Assembly: GCA_951406725.2 (NCBI GenBank)
Contig: OX597838.1
Coordinates: 1,612,001-1,676,000, forward strand
Length of the DNA stretch: 64,000 nucleotides
Direction of reading: 5' to 3'
Source: Octopus vulgaris
Lineage: Eukaryota
The position numbers and the translations under genes were made by a program. The first letter of the stretch is position 1, and every line of letters begins with the position of its first letter. Below are positions 52,991 through 64,000 of this stretch, in pieces. The notes beneath the pieces were generated by a model. The model worked only from the letters and a program-made list of their open reading frames with translations, was not told the DNA's origin and ran no database searches.

Positions 52991-53619
52991 ATATAATCCT
53001 TACGGCAAAAGACTTTCAAAATCGATCAAATCTGCAGCAATGATACGACTTAAGTCAACAGACAAATCTAAAGTCCACAACATGCTTACCATAAATCTGA
53101 CTGTTTGTTTGTTTCTTGTTGTTTTGTTGTTGTTTGTTTTATGCACCCTTCACCCCTACCCTACCCCTCACTTCTCTTTCTAGCATGAAGAGGGCAGAGC
53201 TGTGGAGATACAGGGATATAGAGATAATGTTGCTAGGGTCATCATCGTCCTAATCATCATCATCATCATCATCGTGGTCGTCGTCGTCGTCGTCGTCACC
53301 GTCATCAACCTCACCATTATCAGTAGTAGCAGTAGTAGTAATATCTAATATCATATACAAACTAACTTGCTTCAATTAATGAGATTCAAACAAAATCTTT
53401 CGGGATTTGAAAAGAAAAGGGCACGATAGCTCGTAGGAGAAATCAGGGCTGATTTAGTGCTCAACATCAACAAACACAATTGTCCCAGTGAGGTGACAGG
53501 TGCAACTTATCGCCACTTATTTACCTGGAAATGGATTCTTCGTCGCTTCGCACCTTCACAGTTCCACCTGTTTATCACGATAGACACAAAAACATTTAAC
53601 ATGAAATGCAGACATAATA

Positions 53620-53830
53620 CTTTCTATTTTAGGAACAAAGCCTGAAATTTAGGGTTAGGGAGTAAGCCGATTATATCGACTGCAGACCTCATCTGGTTGT
53701 TATTTCATCGATCCCGAAAGAATGAAAGGCAAAGTCGACCTCGGTGGAATTTGAGGTCAGAAGATGAAAAACAAACTAAATGTCACTGGACATTATTATA
53801 TCGGGCGTACTAACGCTTCTGTTGGTTGGT
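53620..53830 (-). mobile_element. SINE family B, degenerate
   Basis: tttcatcgatcccgaaagaatgaaaggcaaagtcgacctcggtggaatttgaggtcagaa. Confidence 0.75.
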
Positions 53831-54344
53831 CACCTTATGAAGTACATAGAAATAATGTCTGGACCCGCACATCCATACCCTCACACATACATACAGAGAG
53901 GGGGAAGAAGGGAGAGTCACACACTCGCATGCAGAGCCGGACTTGCATAAATAATGGCAATCAACAAGAAATTGCCAAAATGCTTCAAGGCACTCGAGCA
54001 TACGCGCGCGCGCACACACACGCGCGCAAACACACACACACATGCATACACACACACACACGTACACATACGCAGACGCACGCGCACACGCACAGGCACA
54101 CGCACAGGTATCTATATATATTTTATTATATATCTGTACAATTATATATATATATACACACATACATACATAAATTTTGTACATATTGTGTACACGTTTG
54201 TGTGCATATATATATATATGTATAAATATATATATACACACACACCTACATACCTGCCTATCTACTTATCTACCTACCTCTATACATACACTCACAAACA
54301 CGCGTATATATGTATATGTATGTAGCTATATATATATATATGTG

Positions 54345-54404
<60 letters not shown>

Positions 54405-54939
54405 TATGCGTATGAGTGAGCTTGTATACATGTTTGTATTATGTGAAGCAATGTCTCTCTTCTAAATGAATTATTCAAACGATTTTTTCTTTATCTGTCA
54501 CACTTGTCTCTTATTTTGCACCTGTCAACTGCAGCAAAGCCGCACCACCCACGCATTAATTCCCACCCACTACACTAAGCACCGACTGATCCTTACACCA
54601 GCACCCCACACGCCAACCCATATATATTTAGTCGGGTAATAAATTGAAGGATCCCTAAACTCTTAATACTTTGGGTAGAGTACCAGCTTCTTAATTTTTT
54701 ATAAAATAAAATCGTTGACATCGACTGGGGTGCTTTCGTTGAACAGCCGCCATTACATAATCTGACAACGGCTTAGCAAGCTGATACTAACTACCTACCT
54801 ATTGAACTAAATTACTAACTAACTAACTAACTAACTAACTACCTATTTAACTAACTAACTAACCTACTAACTAAATAAGTAACTAACAATTTAGCTAATT
54901 AATTAACTAGGTACCTACGAAACTAATTACCAGCATCTA

Positions 54940-55148
54940 CCAAGCCCAAGTCGATCCAAAAATGGATCCTACCAGTTGTTGGTCGAAAAGCAACAAATAG
55001 GAATGAATTTCTTGTCCAATCAAAATACACAATCTTTAGATAAAGACGCATTTGACAAAGTTTCTTGTGAATGTGATGGTCACGGTTGTATCCTTTACTT
55101 CACGCCTGATATTTTAGGTTTGACCTGACCTTAAACAGCAACAACAAC
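54940..55148 (+). mobile_element. SINE-like family D, degenerate, (AAC)n tail
   Basis: gatggtcacggttg...tgacctgaccttaaacagcaacaacaac; related to 60690-60790 and to the reverse complement of 61388-61640. Confidence 0.4.
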
Positions 55149-55477
55149 ATATTAATTTAACAATTTCAGTAGCAGTTGATATCCACGTCTCCTCACGTCA
55201 CGCCACCCACACACGCACATAATCCTCAGACACATTCTTCCAAGCATTAACATATGTTGCAAACATCTTTCTACTCTTAAACCTGCCAATGTCTCAAGCT
55301 ATGCTAACATGTCGTCTACACTGTACGTCTCTCTCTATTCCGCTTGCCCGCCTGACAAACACCGTATCAAAGCCATGTGAAAACCGGGTTGGTACTTTCT
55401 TCTATCTTGCTACTCTCTATATATTTATTTAGTCGACTGCTGGCATTTCTGTATAATTAAGTATATGTATGTGATGC

Positions 55478-55586
<109 letters not shown>

Positions 55587-55676
55587 GGTGTGTGTGCTTG
55601 TGATTGCATAATTGGTTTCTCTTGCTTGAAATATGACTGCTTTAGTGAAAAGAGAGTTTTACAGCTTTTCGTTGTC

Positions 55677-55739
<63 letters not shown>

Positions 55740-55938
55740 ACTCGAAATTTTCAATTCGCTGCTGTTTCAGTTTTGATTTCATTAAAAATAAGATTTGCTT
55801 TTTCGGATTTTGTTTGTAGAAAGTCGTAGAGATTATGCAATAGTCTTTTATATTGCTCATTGGTATATAGATATATGTGTGTATGAGTGTATGTATATAA
55901 ATGCACACATACATACATTCATACACACTCATATATGC

Positions 55939-56002
<64 letters not shown>

Positions 56003-56005
56003 CAC

Positions 56006-56045
<40 letters not shown>

Positions 56046-56178
56046 TATCTATGTGTATACATACACACACGCACATACACACACACACACACATACACAA
56101 GCATGGCTGCTGTTCATATTTTGTTACTTTTGCTAAATATTTGCTTCAGATGTGTACATAAACTTATTTTTGCTCTTG

Positions 56179-56212
<34 letters not shown>

Positions 56213-56835
56213 ATTATTATTATTATTATTATTATCATCATCATCATCGTCATCATCATCATTACTTCGGCTGCTGTAGTGTATGGCTCTTAGTATGGAA
56301 TGCCTGTCTGAATTTAGTGAATTTTTAAGTAGAGACGAAGAACTTGTATGAAGTTTATGCTCTGATTTGACCTGATTGCTTACCTATTTGTAGTAGTTTG
56401 TAGTAAGCATTCACATATGTTATATTATATACGCAAACACACAGACACAGACACGCATATATATATACATGAAAACATATACATATGCATGTACATATTT
56501 GTATATAGACACACGCACATAATTCTTTTATACTTCTCGTTTGCAAAAACATAACCATTCGACGAAACTGACTCTACTTATGATCACAAGTCTCCAGTGA
56601 CCGTGAAGTGGTAACATTTCGCTGGAGTATTCGCATACAGATACCAACGGAAGTCCGCAGCAAAGTGCTACTTGGAGATGACAAAAAATCAAAAAGAAAA
56701 AATTATTATCAAATTAATAGCTTAGAACTGTTTCAGTATAAAGAGCGAAACAATATCTGTATTTACTCCACCTGACCAGCAGCATTCTGGTTCTGACGAA
56801 GTGGAATCAATGCAACGGTACTTGCCACTAAGTGT

Positions 56836-56932
<97 letters not shown>

Positions 56933-56935
56933 ATG

Positions 56936-56969
<34 letters not shown>

Positions 56970-57000
56970 TGTATGTATGTATGTATGTGATGTATGTATG

Positions 57001-57070
<70 letters not shown>

Positions 57071-57124
57071 AGTGTACATTTATACACAAAAAGAAATTTA
57101 CCTATAACAGCTAATTTCTACACG

Positions 57125-57350
57125 CTAGGAAAGAAATTTGAGAGAAGATGAAAGTGGTTGTGAAAAAGTGGTTACCACAAAGCACAGTTGAAGTTTTTCG
57201 AAGACGATTCACAAATGCATCACTTGTGTCGGAGAGTTAGTGCCTTGTATAGAGGGAAAATTACTCTTCCAGCATGGGTATATTTGAATGACTTGTGTCC
57301 GCTTATTGAAAGCTTGTGTCCACTTGAGTAATACTTTCGGGTCAGTCCAC
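57125..57350 (+). mobile_element. Possible mariner 3' remnant
   Basis: GKKFE...MKVVVKKWL...F resembles mariner C-termini; heavily decayed. Confidence 0.3.
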
Positions 57351-57597
57351 ATTTATATGTATGTACACACACACGAACTTCCAAATTGTCTTCAGATCTT
57401 GATAGTAACAAGCAGTGTTTAGTAAGGTGTGTTCAAAGTGCTGTTACAGGTATCTGCTTCAATCTGGATCTGGAATAAACAAAGTTGGCGAATTAGATGT
57501 ACAATAATGATATATAATAAAATTACAGCAATCTAGGAACAGCTAATAACTACCTCTCCTAAGAACATCCCACATCTTCTCGAATACACCTCATATA

Positions 57598-57693
<96 letters not shown>

Positions 57694-58639
57694 CACACAC
57701 TTTCTATTACCAATGTATCTATCACCAGTGTATCTCCGGTTTCTCCTGTATCAAATGTCTCAGCTGACGCCCAGATGAGACGGTCAATACGCATTATATA
57801 CTATTTGTGTAGAAAAATCTTAAATGTTAAATTTTACTTTTAATTGACGCGAAGAGAAGGGTTTTTTTTTTTTGGCATTATGTAACATTTTTGTTCCTCA
57901 ATAAAGAATTCGTCTGAAACTACTGTAATAGACCTCAACACGTTTATTGTATTGTTTACACATCACCTCACTCGTTAATGCAAACAAGAGGCAGGAAAGG
58001 GATAGGAAAAAGAAGGAAAGTAGTCAGATGTGTGTGTGTGTGTGTTTAGAAAATTGGAAAAATATCAAATATGAACGTTTGTAATTCTGCTAAAACATAA
58101 TTAAGGTCCTAAAAGCACTAGAGTGTGTAGATTTGTCAATCATGTAATTCAAACTATTTCAGGAATCTAAAAGACCACAATAAGGGACCTATGAGATATG
58201 AAAGGGTCTTGACATGTGTGTATGGTGTCATACGGCGAAATACAACACTTTAATGGAGCCTTCATGGTTATTAAATATGAAGTGGGAGGCCGCGACTGTC
58301 TGCTGCCCCTAATTAAAGGTTGGACAGAGCTAATCATTGTGGAAAGCATTGAATGACACCTCGTTGTAACACCATAGAAAGATATGTGTTGCGTTTGGTT
58401 ATTTTCATTTTCCATATTAATGTACACACGCGTATATAGACTCATACTCATACGCACATACATACATTCACACATACATACCTGTATCTAGCCACATACA
58501 TAAGCATACACACGCATGTACGCACATGTACACACATACACAGGTATACATCAGCACATTTATTTGATTAAGGCTTTATAGATGATTCGTTTTCACTAAA
58601 TTGTCTATTAATTTTTCTAAAGAAATACCCATTTATATT

Positions 58640-58726
<87 letters not shown>

Positions 58727-58734
58727 GTGTGTCT

Positions 58735-58928
58735 GTGATTGTCCTTCCATCGTCACTTGACAATCTATGTTTTTGTGTTTAGGTCCCCATAACTTAACGG
58801 TTCGGCCAAACAGTCCGATAGAATAAGTACTAGGCTTATAAAGAATAAGTCTTTGGGTCGATTTGCTCGACTAAAGGCGGTGCTCCAGCATGGCCGCAGT
58901 CAAATGACTGAAGCAAGTAGAAGAAAAG
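58735..58928 (+). mobile_element. SINE family A, 3' half
   Basis: gatagaataagtactaggcttataaagaataagtc...gtcgatttgctcgactaaaggcggtgctccagcatggccgcagtcaaatgactgaagcaagt. Confidence 0.85.
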
Positions 58929-59079
58929 CTGTAATATTTCGTTATAAAAGAGAAAGCATTAGCGACGTTAGTTGCTGCTGTTATAGTGTACAGGTGTTCC
59001 TTTGAGGGATATTTGGTTACTATATCTACCAGTTTAAATGACCACATCATCGTTCCTCCGTGGTTTCGGATATGCAGCG

Positions 59080-59173
<94 letters not shown>

Positions 59174-60209
59174 CGTTGCTGTTGTTTCTTGATAATTTCA
59201 GCGTTTTTTTTTTCCGTGGAAATATTCTTCGCTGCTGAAGGAAGCAACCTGCTGACGGTTCATCAGTCACCGTTGATATCCATTTTGATAATAACATGAA
59301 GCAGTACTTGCTTGCCACCAGTTACTGCAAGGATATCAGTGATACCAGGAGATGTTTGTGTGAATCGTGTGTGGCGTGGGCGTTATGTGCCACTGGGTCT
59401 AGACAATGACACGAAGGGTAAGACGACTTCACCCTTTTGTCCTTCGTCCGGAAAATTTTGAAATCATGAATACACGCAAACATGTATAAATACACACACA
59501 CGCACTCACTTAAGCAAAAACATACACACGCACATATTTATACACAAACACCTATTCAATACACTCCCACACACAAACACATGTCCATAGCAAGTAAAAG
59601 TAACAGAAACACACATTCCATGAATTCCCCCGGTTTGTAATTAATTTCAGCACTCACACACACACACACACATACAAACACACATAACTATTTATTTCAT
59701 AATCAGTGAAAAAAACAAACTTATGACGGTGTGCGTCAAACTGTTAGAAACAGCAGCTATGTCTCCATTAAAATTCCAACGCCTCGAAAAAAAAAAAAAG
59801 AGACACTAAATAATGTAGTTCTAGATAGACAATGCCCAACATTGTGCGTGACGGTTATTACAGTGGGTCACAGTGTCATCGGAGAGAGTCCCACTGGTAA
59901 TGCAGATTCTTGAAATGTCATTAAAGTGTCCTGAATAGGTCTTCGCCTTTTTTGGGCTTCCACCATTGCAGATTTTGGTTATTGTAATTTACAAAATTAT
60001 AAACTTCTTTATGTTGTCATCGGACGCTCCGATTAATTATGAAGTGCCATTTTGAAGAGCACATTTCCTGGCGAAATAGAATATATTTTGTCGAACTAAC
60101 GATTATGGATTAAACATTTTTATCCACTCACTTATCTCTGACTACTTTATTCCAAGTGGCCGGTCACAGTCATATTTTTGACTATTTGAACTTGTCATCC
60201 CATGGAATA

Positions 60210-60262
<53 letters not shown>

Positions 60263-60351
60263 GTACAAACACAAACACACACACACACATATACATGTAT
60301 GTCTATATATATATGTATATATGTATATACATATACACATACACACACATG

Positions 60352-60394
<43 letters not shown>

Positions 60395-60689
60395 ATGTGT
60401 GTGTGTGTGTGTGTGTAATTACAGTAAATTGCTAATATATTCCATTGGCAGAGACACAAGTTTGTAGGAGAGAAGAATATTATAAACCCCAGGTTTTAAC
60501 TGGTATTTTCTCTCACCCCTCTCCACCTCCCGCTGAACGATGAACAAAACAAAGCTCGTCGGCGTCTGAACCCGAATGTAAAGGGACGTAACTGAATGCA
60601 TTTGACTTTCTGACCTCATCAGGCAGAGTACTTGGGCGGAATTCTGGGATAGAATATTTGCACCCTACTACGTGGCATACTATAATAAC

Positions 60690-60800
60690 CAGCATACGGA
60701 TGAACATACGCGATTGCTATGGACGGAGCGTCTTTGATCATCGGTCAGCTCCATCAGAACTGGCCCCGGGTTTAACAACAACAACAAGAATAACAACAAC
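60690..60800 (+). mobile_element. SINE-like family D, 3' end
   Basis: gtctttgatcatcggtcagctccatcagaactggccccgggtttaacaacaacaac. Confidence 0.45.
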
Positions 60801-60877
60801 AATAACACTTTTATAAAAGCCTTCTTCCTTCCACCTCTTCATCATCATTATCTTCATCAGCAACAGTAATGACATTA

Positions 60878-61108
60878 ACTACCACCACCTCTCCACTACC
60901 ACCACCTCTCCACTACCACCACCTCTCCACTACCACACCACCACCACCGTCACGACGACGACGACGACCACCACCACCACCACCACCACTACCACCACCA
61001 CCACCGACGACCACCACCACCACCACCACCACCACCACCACCACCACCACCACCACCACCACCACCACCACCACCACCACCACCACCACCACCACCACCA
61101 CCACCACC

Positions 61109-61140
<32 letters not shown>

Positions 61141-61170
61141 ACAACGACAACAACAACAGGAACAACAAAA
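60878..61170. repeat. (ACC)n/(ACG)n/(AAC)n compound trinucleotide tract
   Basis: Direct reading. Confidence 0.95.
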
Positions 61171-61387
61171 ACGAAATCTATGTTCTGAAGTACAAACGTA
61201 AATACAATGAAAGCGAAACGACCAAATAGAGTTAATTACTCTCATTAAAATTCTCTTTAATTGCTTAAGAAAATCAAACAGGCTTCCTACTGCCCCCTCC
61301 CTCCTCCCTTTTCATCCTCCCCCACGCTAATAAACACACCTTAATTCAATTAAGTTAACAATTAACTCCTTCATATAATCATCTTCG

Positions 61388-61640
61388 TTGTTATTTAGCC
61401 CTTGGTGAGATATAATCGAGCAAGACTTGTGTTGAATGACTCTCCAGCGATGACCATCACTCAGGTGTTGTTATTTAGCCACTGGTCAGTCCTGATTGAA
61501 CGGTCTTTCCTACCAGCCGTGACCATTTTTTGTTGTTGTTTGGGCTCTTGTTATGGCATATCAGGAATTACAATGGGCCATTTGAGGTGATAGGATGTGG
61601 TTTGAGGGAGATTTAGCTGCCATTGGTTAGTAATCATCAA
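61388..61640 (-). mobile_element. SINE-like family D with duplicated tail
   Basis: gttgttatttagcc...tgaccat occurs twice, then ggatgtggtttgagggagatttagctgc; the same motif occurs at 47178 and 62878. Confidence 0.5.
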
Positions 61641-61734
61641 GGAAATCTCAGTGTGTTCGAATTCTGGGTTCGTCGCTGGTTTCTCGAGGGACCAGAAGTG
61701 AAATAATCAAGAAGTCCACGATTGTATTTCTCTT

Positions 61735-61830
61735 CAAGTGGTCTAACCGTCTGTTTGAAATAGCAACAAGATCTCACTGAAACCACAATATACTGTCTTA
61801 AAAATTGAAGGACACATTCGACAAGGGAGG
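61735..61830 (+). mobile_element. SINE-like family D fragment, opposite orientation
   Basis: gaaatagcaacaagatctcactgaaaccaca is the reverse complement of tgtggtttgagggagatttagctgc (61597-61620). Confidence 0.5.
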
Positions 61831-62450
61831 GGGGGAGTTAGGGAGTTTCCAGAAGTTAACGACATAAAAAAAAACAGCAAAAGGAACAGAAACCAAAATA
61901 GTCAAGAGTTGAATTGCTTTTGATGAAAAGTGCGATTTTAGCATTTCATTACCATCCACTACCAGCACCAGCACCACCACCACCACCACTACCACCACCA
62001 CTACCACTACCACCACCACCACCACAACTACACCACTAATACCGCCACCACCACCACCACCACCATCAACAAAGCATGGCCACCTCCTCGCCGATACCGC
62101 CAACATCACCAACCCTACTCTCCATAACTCCTCGTTAGCACAACCGCCATATTGACCAGCCCTAGCGCCACCACTAATACCATCTTATACTGTCAGACCC
62201 CACCACCACCATCACCCCCACCCCCACCAACAACAGTAAAACAAGAGCAGTGGCAGCAGCAGTAGCGGCAGCAGCAACAGCAGATGAAGAATTGTTTTTA
62301 GCAAACTGTGGACCCTGGACAGGTTGCTGTAAGTTGTGTAAACATCAACAGATAATTGGCTTTCAATTATATTTTTAATTAAGTTAGCTGGTCGGCTGGC
62401 TGTCTGGCTGGTTGATTAGGCTTGAAGGGGATGGGCGTGGCTGTATCTAT

Positions 62451-62484
<34 letters not shown>

Positions 62485-62754
62485 TGTGGTGTTTTGGTGT
62501 CCGTAAATATATCCTGTATATTTGGAACTCTATTTCTAAGACTGTAAGGAGCGCTTTCAGGGATATTTCGGTATCATTGTTTTCTAGGTCGAACGAAACT
62601 GTGTTGATGTTGTTGTTGCTGTCGTTGTTGTTGTTGCTGCTGCTGCTGCTGTTGTTGTTGTTGTTGTTGTTGTTCTTCTTCTTCTTCTTCTTCTTCTTCT
62701 TCTTCTTCTTCTTCTTCTTCTTCTTCTTCTTCTTCTTCTTCTTCATCGTTTTGC

Positions 62755-62910
62755 TGCAGTTCTTCCTGATCAGGCAGATGTATGACCAAATACGTCCCAG
62801 CCGTACCCTTCCCGTCTTTCTGTATGCTTGCAAGCAAATTCTCCGATGAGTCCTCCTTTTGAAGGGAATTTGCGATGCGATTTGGCTGCTATTTCTAGCA
62901 TGTCTGACGG
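62755..62910 (-). mobile_element. SINE-like family D, degenerate
   Basis: cctgatcaggcagatgtatgaccaaa...ccagccgt...gatttggctgctatttctagca. Confidence 0.5.
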
Positions 62911-63158
62911 ACGTATACACATAAAAAGTTAGTCACGGGAATTCGTTAACATTTAACTTTCCATATTGGAAAAACAGTGAAAAAAGGCGGGTTGGGTGAT
63001 ACGGCAGGGTATACCTCGTCGCTAAAATCTGTATATGTGTGTGTGCATGTGAGAATATGTGTGCTTATATAGGTATATGTGTGTGTATATGTGTGTATAT
63101 AAGTGTGCGCATGTATAAGTTTTTGGGTGTGTACTGTGTGTGTTTGTGTGTGTGTGTT

Positions 63159-63219
<61 letters not shown>

Positions 63220-63251
63220 TGTCTGCATCACAGTCCATCTGATCTTAACTA

Positions 63252-64000
63252 CGCGGTCTGATCTATAAGTTTTCCGGACTGTTGCCATAGTAACGAAGCT
63301 AAAGCACACAGAGTGAAGCCGCTTGGTACGGACTGACCTTGAACTCTGCTGTGCCTGTGCACTAAGTTTTAACGTTCAAGATCACTTCCGCTGTTTACAG
63401 TAGTGTTTGGAAGGAAAGTGTGTAGCGTGTGATTGTCGCATTGGCTATGAAAGAGAGAGTTGAGCAAATAATCTGCGTCAAATTTTGCCAAATACTTGGT
63501 GTGATACCTGCTCAGCAGTCTATGCAAAGCTTTCAAAAAGTTTTCATCGTTTTGCACACAATCAACGAGATCTTGTGCAACTGAAACCCGAGTGTCCCTC
63601 TGGTCAGCTGAAAGCAGTTTGGGCAGAAATTTGGTAGACACGCATCTCATGCACAAATATTCACTGATAATGGACTGAACTGAACCGTAAATAATCTGGA
63701 CATCCTCTGATAACTCACGGATGGTGATTCGACGATTTCCCCTCACAGTTGCACGCACATCTGCGATGTTTTTCTCAGTTCTTCTGGTTGCGTGAGTCCA
63801 AGACCGTTCATCAATATCGACGTTTTTTCGGCAATCTTGGAAGCGTCTGAACCCCTCATACACTTTCTGCAACTTTGCGTAGGACATTGAGCAGGAATGG
63901 CCAGGACAACTTTCACCGTCATGGTCAATGCGACGATCACATGCTACACACTTTCCTTCCAAGCATTGCTGTAAACAGCGGATAGGAGCTAAAAGGTTAG
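63252..64000. mobile_element. Rearranged mariner (mellifera-like): two left ends head-to-head, running off the window
   Basis: Plus strand: TA|CGCGGTCTGATCTATAAGTTTTCCGGACTGTT then MKERVEQIICVKFCQILG. Minus strand 63540-63985: the same leader, then RRITIRELSEDVQIIYGSVQSIISEYLCMRCVSTKFLPKLLS...DENFLK. Confidence 0.85.

Noticed and set aside
56785-56825. CTGACGAagtggaatcaatgcaacggtac hammerhead-like relic
   Set aside because: GAAA is absent and stem I is unsupported; too decayed to call.
60595-60630. Minus-strand CTGATGAggtcaGAAAgtc
   Set aside because: Core words are present but no stem I, II or III pairing is possible.

Overview
Eukaryotic, AT-rich, repeat-dominated DNA with no host protein-coding exon that I can support; it reads as a large intron or intergenic region. 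The extreme microsatellite density and the SINE families resemble an octopus (coleoid cephalopod) genome; this is pattern-based inference, not a database result. Most ORFs in the track are translations of microsatellites. Genuine coding remnants all belong to transposons: a 5'-truncated CR1-group LINE with an uninterrupted 466-codon RT frame (4.4-5.9 kb), three Dong/R4-like endonuclease-domain fragments, three RTE fragments, a Penelope-type GIY-YIG fragment, decayed mariner and maT-like transposases and a possible MULE remnant. Non-coding repeats include four SINE-like families, three MITEs and three Helitron-like elements. The most interesting signal is a near-canonical type I hammerhead ribozyme (46341-46401) in the loop and right arm of a 46-bp inverted repeat, so the upstream arm is antisense to the cleavage site. 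Decayed versions of this ribozyme-plus-inverted-arm layout appear elsewhere (10.9 and 23.0 kb, with partial cores at 36.1 and 38.4 kb), suggesting small non-autonomous Penelope/retrozyme-like fold-back elements. Also notable are a mariner built from two head-to-head left ends, a promoter-like motif cluster at 31.4-31.7 kb, and close inverted SINE pairs that are candidate A-to-I editing substrates.
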